DNA from: the human T2T-CHM13v2.0 reference genome, Homo sapiens
Assembly: GCF_009914755.1 (NCBI RefSeq)
Contig: NC_060927.1
Reading direction: 5' to 3' (one strand)
Length of the DNA stretch: 64,000 nt
This document shows positions 1 through 12,905 of this stretch, in pieces. The position numbers were made by a program, and so were the translations under genes. Position 1 is the stretch's first letter. Each line of letters starts with the position of its first letter. The notes beneath the pieces were generated by a model that was given only the letters and a program-made list of their open reading frames with translations, did not search any database and had not been told where the DNA came from.

Positions 1-19
1 GATAACTGGAACCATACTA

Positions 20-200
20 AAGTGTATTGAGTATCTACTACAAGCCAGTGTGCTAAACACATTACAGGGTTATAATCACATTTAATCCTCCCAACAATCC
101 TATAGGTAGATATTATGGGATGTCTACCTTATAGAGAACTGAAGCTCAGAGCAATTAAGTGACTTGATGGAATCATAGAGCTTGTTAGTGGCAAAACGGG
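20..200 (-). mobile_element. MIR SINE
   Basis: Reverse-oriented MIR core (catttaatcctcccaacaatcctataggtag...gaagctcagag...ttaagtgactt). Confidence 0.7.
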
Positions 201-208
201 ACTGGAGG

Positions 209-412
209 CAGTAGTGTGCTGGTAAATGATTAACAACCAATTCTCTGGGTTGGGGCAGGGATGGAGGGAGGAGGGAAGCCATGATCTTTAGTGTTTTCCA
301 ATTTCTGTGGTGTAAATTATTCCACGATGGCTGATTTCAAGCTACTGGCACAGAAAGTGAAATTGGGCAGAGATGTGCACAATCACCTCTCTGAGGCTAT
401 AGTACACCACTG
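209..412 (-). mobile_element. hAT-Blackjack DNA transposon (MER63-like)
   Basis: TIRs cagtagtgtgct / agtacaccactg; degenerate 8-bp TSD actggagg / agtagagg. Confidence 0.7.
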
Positions 413-1158
413 AGTAGAGGCTGCCAACCCCAGGACCTATGTGTGTGGGGTTCTAAAAATGGATGGTTGGAAGATTTCTGAGTGGGTGATGGAGAAGCTG
501 GTTTAGGGAGTTTCTCCTGAAATGTAGTTTGAGCTGCGGAAAAGGCATTTTGGGCATTCATTCATCCTGTGTACTCAACTGAGTGCCAGATGGTATTCTA
601 GTCATTGATCATTAGCAGAAAATGATACACACAAGCTCCTTGCTGTCATGGAGTTTTCTTTTTCTTTTCTTTTTTTTTTTTATCAGGACAGAGGTGGGAA
701 AACTCAAAGGCACAGGCTGTACTGAGAAGTTTGAGCAATGGAGAAGAAAGTGGAGCTCTGACTGACCTTAGCCCACCACAGTCAGGCTCCAAGAGGGGAG
801 ATGGCCTGGGCTGATGGCTCCCTTTCCTCTGCTGGCCCTTCCCTTTTGGGAAAACCCCCATGTCAGAAAAGTCTCAAGTCTGTCAGACTGGGAGTCCCCA
901 ACTCCCAACCCAAGGAAGCAGCCCTAGGAAAGGAGAGGATGAGATTTCCCAAAGCTATCTCTTACCACTTCCCTCCCTCAATCTCATCCCTCCATCTATT
1001 GGTGAGAAGCCTCCTAAAGTTGGCCTGAGGCTCCTGAGGGACTGGTTCCACCGGAGTCTTTAACCAGGACCCTATCCTCCTTGGGACCTGCAATAGAGAT
1101 AAGAATCAGAGTACAATCCTCAAATAATTCCCACAAATTTGGAGCTGATTCTTAACTG

Positions 1159-1160
1159 AA

Positions 1161-1224
<64 letters not shown>

Positions 1225-1242
1225 AGAAAGAAAGAAAGAAAA

Positions 1243-1297
<55 letters not shown>
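1159..1297. repeat. (GAAA)n microsatellite
   Basis: About 140 bp of near-pure GAAA repeats. Confidence 0.95.
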
Positions 1298-1744
1298 CTT
1301 TCTGTCCAGAGGATTCTGCGCTCTGCAAGGAAGACACACCTTGTCTGAGGGTTAGCTTCATCAGAAAGAGAACTAGGAGGAATCTGTCTTCCAAGATGAC
1401 ATCATCCAAGCTTGGACATCATCTAAGGAGGGGGATTTATTTTTGATATACAAGACTGAAAATACTTAAAGCATGACATGTAAAATTATTGAAAAGATAC
1501 TAAGATGTGATGAATTAAGCTTTCTTGAAGTCTTGAGTTGGAAGGAGTGGAGTGAGGGGCAAGTCATGAAGCACATAGCAGGACATAATTTAAACCAGAT
1601 GTCAGAGGTCACTGCTCCTAAAGCCATTGGCTGGACTGACACATGGAGAAGATGCTTCCAGCCATTCTCTTCTCAGCCTTGCCCATCCCAGACTCTATCA
1701 GCTCTCTTTCTCAAATCCCAGGGTTACCCCCAAGGCTGCCTTTC

Positions 1745-2606
1745 TTGTTGTTTTTTTTTTTAACTTTTATTTTAGGGTCAGGAGTCCATGTGCAGGTTTA
1801 TTACCTTGTGTCACAGGGGTTTGGTGTACAGATTATTTCATCATCCACGTACTAAGCTTAGTATCCACTAGTTGTTTTTCCTGATTCCCTCCTTCCTTCC
1901 ACCCTTCACCCTCAAGTAGGCCCCAGTGTCTGTTCTCCTCTGTGTGTCCATGTCCATCATTTAGCTGGTCTCAAACTCCAAACTGAGAACATGTGGTATT
2001 TGGTTTTCTGTTCTTGCATTAGTTTGCTAAGGATAATAGCCTCCAGCTTCATCCATGTTCCTGCAAAGGGCATGATCTCATTCTTTTTTATGGCTGCATA
2101 GTATTCCATGGTGCATATGTATCACATTTTCTTTATTCTGTCGTCACTGATGGGCATTTAGGTTGATTCCACGTTTTTGCTATTGTGAATAGTGCTGCAA
2201 TGAACATAGGCATGCATATGTCTTTATGATAGAATGATTTATATTCTTTTGGATATATACCCAGTAATGGGATTGGTGGGTTGAATGGTACCTCTGTTTT
2301 TATGTCTTTGAGGAATTGGCACACCGCTTTCCACAATGGCAGAAGTAATTTACACTCCCACCAACAGTGTTAAGCATTCCCTTTTCTCCGCAACCTCACC
2401 AGCATCTGTTATTTTTTGATCTTTTAATAATCACCATTCTGACTGGCGTGAGATGGTATCTCATTGTGGTTTTGGTTTGCATTTCTTTAATGATCAGTGC
2501 TATTGAGGTTTTTTTAATATACTTGTTGGCCACATGTTTGTCTTCTTTTGAAAAATGCCTGTTCATGTCCTTTGCCCACTTTTTGATGGGGATGTTTGTT
2601 TTTTTC
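1745..2606 (-). mobile_element. 5'-truncated primate L1 (L1PA-type) 3' end
   Basis: L1 3'UTR plus ORF2 C-terminal remnant (ORF 2133-2336, ...PLLGIYPKEYKSFYHKD...); T-tail; TSD caaggctgcctttc (1731-1744) / caagcctgtctttc (2607-2620). Confidence 0.9.
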
Positions 2607-2641
2607 CAAGCCTGTCTTTCAACTGATTAAAAAAAACTGTG

Positions 2642-3378
<737 letters not shown>

Positions 3379-3478
3379 TGATTAAAAATATCAAAAATGG
3401 AAGAAAATGAAAAGTTAGGTCTCATTTCTTCTGTTTACCCTTAGATGTCTCCACTAGAGCCACCATTAAGAGTTTTTT

Positions 3479-3780
3479 GGCTGGGCGCGGTGGCTCATGC
3501 CTGTAATCCCAGCACTTTGAGAGGCCGAGGCGGGCGGATCACGAGGTCAGGAGATCGAGACCATCCTGGCTAACACGGTGAAACCCTGTCTCTACTAAAA
3601 ATACAAAAAATTAGCTGGGCATGGTGGTGGGCACCTGTAGTCCCAGCTACTAGGGAGGGTGAGGCAGGAGAATGGCGTGAACCCAGGAGGCAGAGCTTGC
3701 AGTAGCCGAGATCACGCCACTGCACTCCAGCCTGGGTGACAGAGACTCCGTCTCAAAAAAAATAAAAATAAAAATAAAAA
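3479..3780 (+). mobile_element. AluY-family SINE
   Basis: Full dimer; TSD aagagttttt. Confidence 0.93.
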
Positions 3781-4395
3781 TTTTTAAAAAGAGTTTTTGT
3801 TGCTTTCCAGAAATATGCTATGTACATTATTTACAGACACACACACCCTCATCCTACTAGACCTCTCTGGAGTCTTCATCTCAGCCCTGCCTCCCTTCCC
3901 CTTCCTAGACACACTTGCTTCCCTTGGCCTCAGGCACAGCTCTCTGTTCTCCTGTCTTACTGACTGCTCCTTTGGCGGTTCCTTTCCTGGCTCTATTTTA
4001 TCTCTCAATCTCTAAATATTGGAGGGCCCCAGGACAGTGAACTGGGTCCACTTTTCTATCTGCCTCACTTCCTAAGAGATCCCTTCTCCAGCCTTATGGC
4101 TTTGCGGATCACCTTCACTGCTGGCTCCTGCGTCCCTGGCCTCCATGCGCCACTCCAGACCCGCTTGCAATCCTTCTCCTCCCTGCTCCGGGCTGGGGAC
4201 TGACCCATATGTGCTGCATCCATGGGCTCTCTTGCTCTCTGGCTTCCCACAGCCTTTGGAGGAGGGGTGGAGAGTGAGGTCAGGATATTTGTTCTCCCTG
4301 TAGGGTTGCCATGGACTGGCTGCATTTTTCCACCAAAGGCCTCAGCTCCTGTCAGTTGGCAACATACAAACTTGTCTATTAAAAGATAAATCCCA

Positions 4396-4771
<376 letters not shown>

Positions 4772-5049
4772 TTAGCTATCTTTGTCCCCAGGTTCCAGCA
4801 ACTCCCTCTTCTCACTCCTTCAGAACTATGGATGGTTAAGGCCCCACTGTTACTAGCCCTGGGGGCCTACACTGCCCTCCTGGTTTCTCTACATCCTGCT
4901 ACTCTTTTCTAAAGGCTCCTTTTATTAAACCCTCCTCAAATTTCCCAATTCCAGGGTGCCAGCTGTCTCTCCCTAGGACCCTCTCTGCTACAAATTCCAA
5001 ACAGCTCTCATGTTTCCATCACTCCTGAATTCCCAACCCATGTGAGTTC

Positions 5050-6168
<1,119 letters not shown>

Positions 6169-6639
6169 GACCGTAATGGGGAACACAGAGCTGGTTCATA
6201 AACAGCTGCCTCATTCTTTTTCACAGCACATAGTATTCCAGAGTACGGATGTACCATGGCATTTTTTAGACTAGTTTCCTATGATGGACATCTAGGTGGG
6301 TTCTAACCTTCAGTATTTCAAATGATGCTGCTGAAAACTCTCTTAAGCATTTATCCTTGTATTTCTCAGTAGGATAAGTTCCTAGATGTGCGATTGTTAG
6401 GTCAAAAGGTATGCTCATTTAAAATTCTGATCATATTTCCAAGTTGTTCTCCAAACTGGCAGACCCGGCCAGTTCTCTCTCCCTGACAACAGTGGATAAA
6501 CACTGCTGTTTCCCCATCTGCTCCAACACCATGCAGTATCAGACTTTTTGATCTTGGTCAATAAGGATCGGTATTTCTGTGTTCAGTCGGCATTTCTCTA
6601 ATATGGTAGTGAAGCCTAGTTTCCTTTGGAACTTTTCCA

Positions 6640-7240
6640 GGGGTCACACCGGCCAAGGCCTGATTGGAGACGCCTGGGACCCTGCCGATCTAGCGGGGGC
6701 GGGGGGGGGGGGGGGGGGAGGGGGGAGGGGGCGGGGGCCCGCCTCCCGCCTCCCGCCTCCCGCCCCTGGCCGCGACAGCACCCACAACTCCGATCACTGC
6801 TCCTTCTTTTTCTGCGCTTTCCTTTCTCCCCCACAAGCTTCTGATTCTTGGAACCAGGCTCGGTGACCTCACGCGAGTGACTTCATATCCGGGACTTTCT
6901 GGGAATTCTCAGCAGCACTTTTTCGTAAGAAACGTAACTGGGGAGGCGCGGGGTGGGAAGGGGGTGGGAAGGGGGTGGTGGGCGGAGCTTTTGAGGAAGA
7001 AGAGAGAGAACAGCTCAGGGCCAGCTTCCTTTTTCCGATTAGGTCGGGTGGAGCTGGCAGGGCGGGCGGGCGAGCTGCAGCCAGCGAGACCCGAGTACCG
7101 CCCCCTTGGCCCGCAGCAGGGCACCCCCGTGCCTGCCTTCCGGGACGCAGGTGGGGGTTGGGGACACGGACCTCAGTCCTCATAGCTCCTGATTTGGGAC
7201 CAGGGAGTGGTTCCTGAGGGTTCCCAGGCAAAGCCTCTGC
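6640..7240. promoter_or_regulatory. CpG-rich island 1 (orphan promoter/enhancer-like)
   Basis: High GC and CpG density; reverse CCAAT (6661-6667), GC boxes, STAT GAS motifs (6845-6853, 6897-6905), kB-like 10-mers (6891-6910). Confidence 0.7.
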
Positions 7241-7323
7241 TAGAGTTTTCTTCGGAAGTTAGCTGGGCATCTAACTAGGCAGCTCTGCCACAGGCTGGGG
7301 GGAAGGACAGCATAACCAAAACC

Positions 7324-7590
7324 AGAACCCCATTATGATTTTTGTGGGCCCTAAGTACCTTTGCCTTAATGGGCTCCTTTTCCATAAAAAAATATTTAAA
7401 AGTATATTTTACGACTGTGGTGGTATAAAGCCGAATATGTTAATGTTATATATTCAAACAATTTCTTCGGCCTGAAAGTTTGTTTTTCCCTTCTGATAGT
7501 AAAATGAGTTAAACATTTTCATGAGCTTCTAAAAGGATTGTGGACCCTAGGCAGTGTTGCCCCCTGTGCCGGATGGGTGAGTTGGCCCTG
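7324..7590 (-). mobile_element. hAT-Tip100 DNA transposon (ORSL-like)
   Basis: About 270-bp element with gggccct(a/g) subterminal repeats and a terminal ggccctg; family name from recall. Confidence 0.5.
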
Positions 7591-8489
7591 GGTAAAATCA
7601 GAGCGATGTGACACAGCCTGGAAAGAACATGAAAGGACCTAGAGGATAGAATTCTCCCCTCCTGGAGGAGGCCATAAACACAGGAACAGCTGCACAGGAA
7701 GGGCCTTGAATGACCTAAGAAGTGTGGATTTTAAGGCGACAGAGGTGGTGAGAAACTGCTGCAAGGCTGGATTGGAGGACTGATGGTTTGGGGGTGGCAC
7801 TGGTGGTGGGGAGAGAAATGAGGAGGCTGTTGCTATGGTAGTCACATGTTGGAGCTCACAAATCAATGTGGAAATGAAGCAGGGGGCAAGGGGAAGACAT
7901 ACTTGGGAAGCCGAAGCCCACTGATATGAGGCAGTAATGCAGAGAGAAGCCTGGGCTATCTTCTCTGGCTTGGGTGAATGGCAGATGCTGCTACCCCTCT
8001 TGGAAAATAGGAAGACGGGAGGAGAACGTGTATGTGCACCAGGACTTTGGGAAGATCAAATGGAAGGTCTTTCACAAATAACAAAGCAAGGAGACTTCGA
8101 GTAACTTCACAGGCTTGTGGGCAGCTTCAGGGCCACCTCTTGCCCAGACCCTGCAAGTTGGGACACTTTCCTGCTCACTATGGCCTGGAGGACAAAACCA
8201 CCTCACTTGGACATTTCCAGAATAAAGAATGGGGAAAAGCAGACTAGGTTTTCAATACCCTTTCAGTAGAAAACTGCCCCATAAACTCATTGGCTACCTA
8301 CTTCTTAATCCCCAATAACTGTTTTTATGTGCGCATCCCCACCCCCATAATAGGCTTGACTCCCACCCTCCAATACAAACACTGGGCTTTCTCCAGAGCA
8401 GATCAGGCCAAAAGCAAGGGCTGGGACAGGAAATACACTTACAGGGAGAAGAGCTGGGTCTGAATGACTCCTTGAAAGATAATCCTTCA

Positions 8490-9720
8490 TGTATTCACTC
8501 TAAAACACGAATCTAGCACTTACTATGTGTTCTGGTACCATTCTAGCACTGGGGATGCAATAAAAATCAAATAAGACGTGGTTCTTCATGGAGATGCTAC
8601 TTCAGTGGGGGGAAGACTGACTGTGGAGATGTCACTTTCCAAAGATGTATGCATGTTCTAGAATTTTGCCTCTTCCCTACCAAAAGGTGATGTCCAATAC
8701 CCCCTTCCTTTCAATCTGGGCAGACTTGTGACTCACTTGTAACCAACGGCATGTTGGTTACAGATGTGATTTTTCATGACTTCTGAGACTAGATCATAAG
8801 AGGTGATATAGCTTCTGCCTTGTTAGATGGGACATGTCTTTGGAGCTACAACTTAGGAAGTTCGACAACCCAGAGATTGCCATGTTGTGAGGAAGCCCAG
8901 GCCACATGGAAAGGCCACACATGTGTGTTCTGGTTGACATCCCTGCTGATGTCCCAAACATTGTGGCACAGAAACAAGCCATGCCCACTGTGCTCTGTCC
9001 AAATTCCTGTTTGGGGTGGTTTGCTATGCAGAAATACTATCTAGAACACTAAGAAACAAGTGAATAAGTGAGCAAGATAATTTCATATTGTGAGAGGGAA
9101 ATATGGGAAAACATAAAACAGCATGAAAATAAGGGCCTCTTTAGATGGGGGAAGGGGGGAGGACTGATCAGGAAAGGCCTTTCTGGAGAGACATTGGAAC
9201 TGAGACCTGAGTGAGAAGGAGCTCAACCGCTAACCCTCTGGGAGAAGAGACTTTCAGCCAGAGGGTTCATCAAGTACAAAGGTCTGGAGGCAGAAATCAG
9301 CTTGGTATGTTCTGAGAAGAGCAAGAAAGACAGTGTGACTAGGGTGATGTGGGTGAGGAGGAGAGTGGGGCCAACGAAGGTGGAGAAGAAGGCAGAGAGG
9401 CAAGTCATTCTGGTCCTACAGGTCACTGAGAGGAGTTTGGATTTAAGACTGAGTGAGCTGGGGAGCCGGTGGAGGGTATTATGCAGGAGTGACTGGATCT
9501 GGTCAATTCTTAGTAAGAGTTCTGGCTGCCTGGTGGAGGACAGAGCGTAAGGACACACAGGGCAAAGGGAGGAGGACCATTGGGGAGGCTATGGCAGTGC
9601 CTAATCCCCCAGGGAAGGGAGGATGGACGGTGGCCTGAGACATGGTGATGGCGGTGAAGATGGGGACTGGTGGACAAATTCCGGACACAGAGGCAATGAC
9701 AGAGAGCACCAGGGAGGGAG
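8490..9720 (-). mobile_element. L2 LINE fragment (interrupted by an MLT LTR)
   Basis: Reverse L2 3' end (tattcactc...cacttactatgtg...) continuing after 9050. Confidence 0.7.
8621..9047 (+). mobile_element. ERVL-MaLR LTR (MLT1 family)
   Basis: gccatgttgtgaggaagccc motif; ends ggggtggtttgctatgcagaaatactatctagaaca. Confidence 0.75.
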
Positions 9721-9779
9721 GAGGCGCCCAGTCCTGCAGGTCCCGGGCAGGATCTAGACGTGGGTGAGGACAGGAACCC

Positions 9780-10270
9780 TGTATCCGTCTGGAATCCGAA
9801 GGGAGCCTCAGCGAGAGGGCTGGCCAGGACGGCGCGTCCTGGCGCCCGGCGTCTGCAGTGCAGAGCCAGTCCCTGGCTGCACGCCTGCCGGGCGTCTCCC
9901 AGCAACAGCCGCCGCCGCCCGAACGTTCTGAACTCGGCGGCCCCTTAGTCCTCATCGTCACCTTGGCGACGGCCGGTGGGAACACGCCCTGCGGGCTCCG
10001 GGGGCGGGGTCTGGTCGCCACGCGCTCCGCCTCCCGCGGGGTGCGCCTTCAGCCCCGCCCGCCCCCGCCCCTCCTCGGCGGCACGCGTGGCCGCAGGTGT
10101 GCAGGGCACCGGGAGGGGCCTCGCCGAGAAGCCGCTTCTCTCCTCTGTGCACGCCGCCGCCGGCGCGCACCACCGGCCCAGTCACCTCTCCCCACTCTTC
10201 CCCCTAGGCCGCCACCTCCAACCAATCGGACTGGCTCTTCTGTCATTCGGGTCACCTCCGCTGAGATGCC
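9780..10270. promoter_or_regulatory. CpG island 2 (orphan promoter-like)
   Basis: Very CpG-dense; GC boxes; CCAAT at ~10221-10226; two RFX X-box matches (9894-9906, 9957-9970). Confidence 0.75.
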
Positions 10271-10512
10271 TTCCCTGACCACCCAAGTTGAAGGAACTGC
10301 TAACCTTTTCTCTTGGACTTTGTTTTTTATTTCCTTCACAGTATTTCTCCCCTCTAAAATTATCTTGTCTGCTTCTACCTATATTGCCTTCCCTCTTGAA
10401 ACCTAAGTTCCATAAACTGAGGCACAAATTCTGCCTTGTTCATCTCTGTTCTCAGCACTCTGAACAGAACCTGGCATGAATGAGGTGCTCAATAAAAGTT
10501 ACTTGGATGAAT
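10245..10512 (+). mobile_element. L2 LINE 3' fragment
   Basis: gccttccctgaccacc...ggtgctcaataaaag L2 terminus. Confidence 0.65.
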
Positions 10513-10731
10513 CGGCAGATTTACTCAATCATTTCATTCTTTATGCATTCATTTATTTGACATTTATGGAGTGCCCTCTAGGCACTTGTGGTAAAGACGT
10601 ACCAAGATGAATGAGACAGTGACCCCCCTGGAGGTAAGAAAGAAGATATATATTTTTTTAAAATTACAATAATACTAAAAGTGAGTGTCTTGGAGTTCCA
10701 GATGCCAGGCATAGCTTCAAGCACTTTATAC

Positions 10732-10851
10732 TGCCTAGTGTTCCATTATTGGAACGCTAAGCATGTGGGAGTTATTTATGCGACTGCTCAAGGTCATTGC
10801 CAAGGTCTGATTACAAAAATTCAAAAAATTGCGACCTCAGGCATAAATGGG
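10732..10851 (+). mobile_element. MER85 (non-autonomous piggyBac/PGBD3 MITE) inserted in a MIR
   Basis: Internal palindrome GTTCCATTATTGGAAC (10740-10755); right TIR AGGCATAAATGGG followed by TTAA (10852-10855); left TIR reduced to TGCCT. Confidence 0.9.
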
Positions 10852-11958
10852 TTAATTCACTTAATCTTCACAATAGTAGGTAATATAGCTGTGCCCACTT
10901 TACAGATGAGAACATTGAGGAGAACCGTCATGCTATATAGGCCACTGGGCCCTGTAATCAAGTGAGATCCCACAGAAGGCAGGGGATCAACAAGATTCAT
11001 GTACCAGGCTCAAGCAGGTGGATTTGGTACCTTGATTATTCTTGACACAGCACAGTCTCCCACAGGGCACAGGCTCCTTCCAGATCAGAGCTGTGTTGTC
11101 CCAAGGGAACCCTACCCATATTGGCTGAGCAGGCAATGAGGGGCCTGTGAGGGTTGTGGAAGATTGGGCCCTGGGCTAGGGGTAGGCTAGGGGCCTGTCT
11201 CTTCCATTGAAGCAAAGTGTGGGTGACTTTCCACATAAACTTGGTGTGAGGCAAACCTAGTTTCAAAAGCCTGGGTATCCAGGAAACCCAGGAACTAAAT
11301 TTATTCCACCTCGGGGTCTTTGCAAGTGCTGTTCCCTCTACCTAGCATGGTTCCTCCCTCAATTTTCACATAGTTGCTCTTTGTCATTTAGATCTCAGCT
11401 GAGGTGTTTTTTTCTTAGAGAGCCCTGCCTTGGCCACTCCGTCTAAGGCAGTCACCTGCCATTGTCATATGACCATATTTTAAGACTCTTATCCCAAAGT
11501 GGGAGAGTGGCCTAGTCAGATGCGTCACCCTATTCCTGATCTAATTTTTCTTATTTATTGTCTCTCTGTCTCCTCATTCTAAAAAGTTCCCTGAAAGCGG
11601 GACCCCATTGGACCTCACCTCTGTGTCCCCACTGCCTAGAACAGGCCTGGAATACAGAAGATGCTTAGTGATTTTTGAAAGACAGCATGAAAAGGGCCCT
11701 TCACCAAAACAACCTGACTTTCCAGGCCAGGATCTGAGCACTTCATTTCTCAGGAACCACTGCTTGGCACACAACACCTGGGCTGAACAGGCAGAAGTGA
11801 TCCAGCCATCTTGGGCACAGGAATTCTCCTGGCGTGAGTTCCTCCTGCTTCCCAGTCCTGACTGGGCTGCTCTCCAGCTCTGGGGCAGGATTCTAAGAAC
11901 CCCTCCAGGATGGTATTCAAGAACATCCAGGAGGCGAGGTCGAGATAGAGAGGGCAGC

Positions 11959-11960
<2 letters not shown>

Positions 11961-12002
<42 letters not shown>
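11961..12002. repeat. (TG)21 microsatellite
   Basis: 42 bp of perfect TG repeat. Confidence 0.97.
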
Positions 12003-12003
<1 letters not shown>

Positions 12004-12224
12004 TGGGGATAGGGGCAAGGAGAATAGAAGTGTGGGCAGGGCATTTCTGGTTGCCAGCCAAGATGGTGGAGAAGGGGTGGCTTTTAGAGCCTTCCCACAC
12101 TGCTGTTGCTAGGAAGACGAGGCACCTGGAGGTTGTGGCTGTTTTCTCCCCCTGCAGTAGGAACACATACTGGAACAGATGTACACACAGTCAGACATGC
12201 ACAGAGTAGAGAATAAAACTTGGA

Positions 12225-12230
12225 TTTATT
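12225..12230 (-). terminator. XIRP1: XIRP1 polyadenylation signal AATAAA
   Basis: tttatt on + strand ~680 nt after the stop codon, followed on the minus strand by U/GU-rich sequence (tctactctgtgcatgtctgactgtgtgt). Confidence 0.8.
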
Positions 12231-12905
12231 CAGACCGTATGCTTCCCATTTGGGGTGCAGAGTGGGGGACAGTCATGGGGACAGAGAAAGGCAGTGCATT
12301 TGGCTTCTAGGGACATGCTGATTGCTGACTCTTTGGGTGACCTTTGGGCCACCAGATGACCAGCTGAATGATGGAGATGGTGATGAAGGGGCTGGCGGCC
12401 AGGTCCTTCTGGAGACCTCACAGTGATTCCAAACAGAGACCAACGCTGTGTCCAGTTGGCTCTGTTCCTCTCCAGGGATTAAGGAGCAGATGGCTGGGAA
12501 CACTCAGACTAATTAAAGAAATAAAAACTCTGGGTAGAGGGACACTCTGGGGGGCTCCAATTCAGGCAGTGGTGTGCAAATTCACACATGTCGATGCGTG
12601 GGCCAGGCCTGTGTGAAAAACATGTGTGTGTCTGTATATATTACATCCTCCACAAGCAGCTGGGAGCCCCCATCCTACCCCCACGCCTGTGCAACTCTGT
12701 GGGCCTCTTCCAGACCTTTCTTTTTCCATTTGGAAGAACTGGGCCTATTGAAAGAACTGCGAAAGGGAAATGGCCCACAGTAATCCTCTGAAGATGCCAT
12801 TTCCTCTTGGTCCTTGCTCCAGTGTACAGGAGGCAGGTACCCACTTCAGTCCTGGGGCAGTGGAGGCCAGGAACAGGTGGCAGGTGTGGTGGGAGGCGGT
12901 GGGCC

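Noticed and set aside
1106-1409. ORFs rich in F/L/S
   Set aside because: Translation of the (GAAA)n microsatellite
9503-10427. Several 100-180 aa ORFs over CpG island 2 (and similar ORFs over island 1)
   Set aside because: Stop-poor GC-rich sequence gives low-complexity Arg/Pro/Gly ORFs in many frames; no homology recognised
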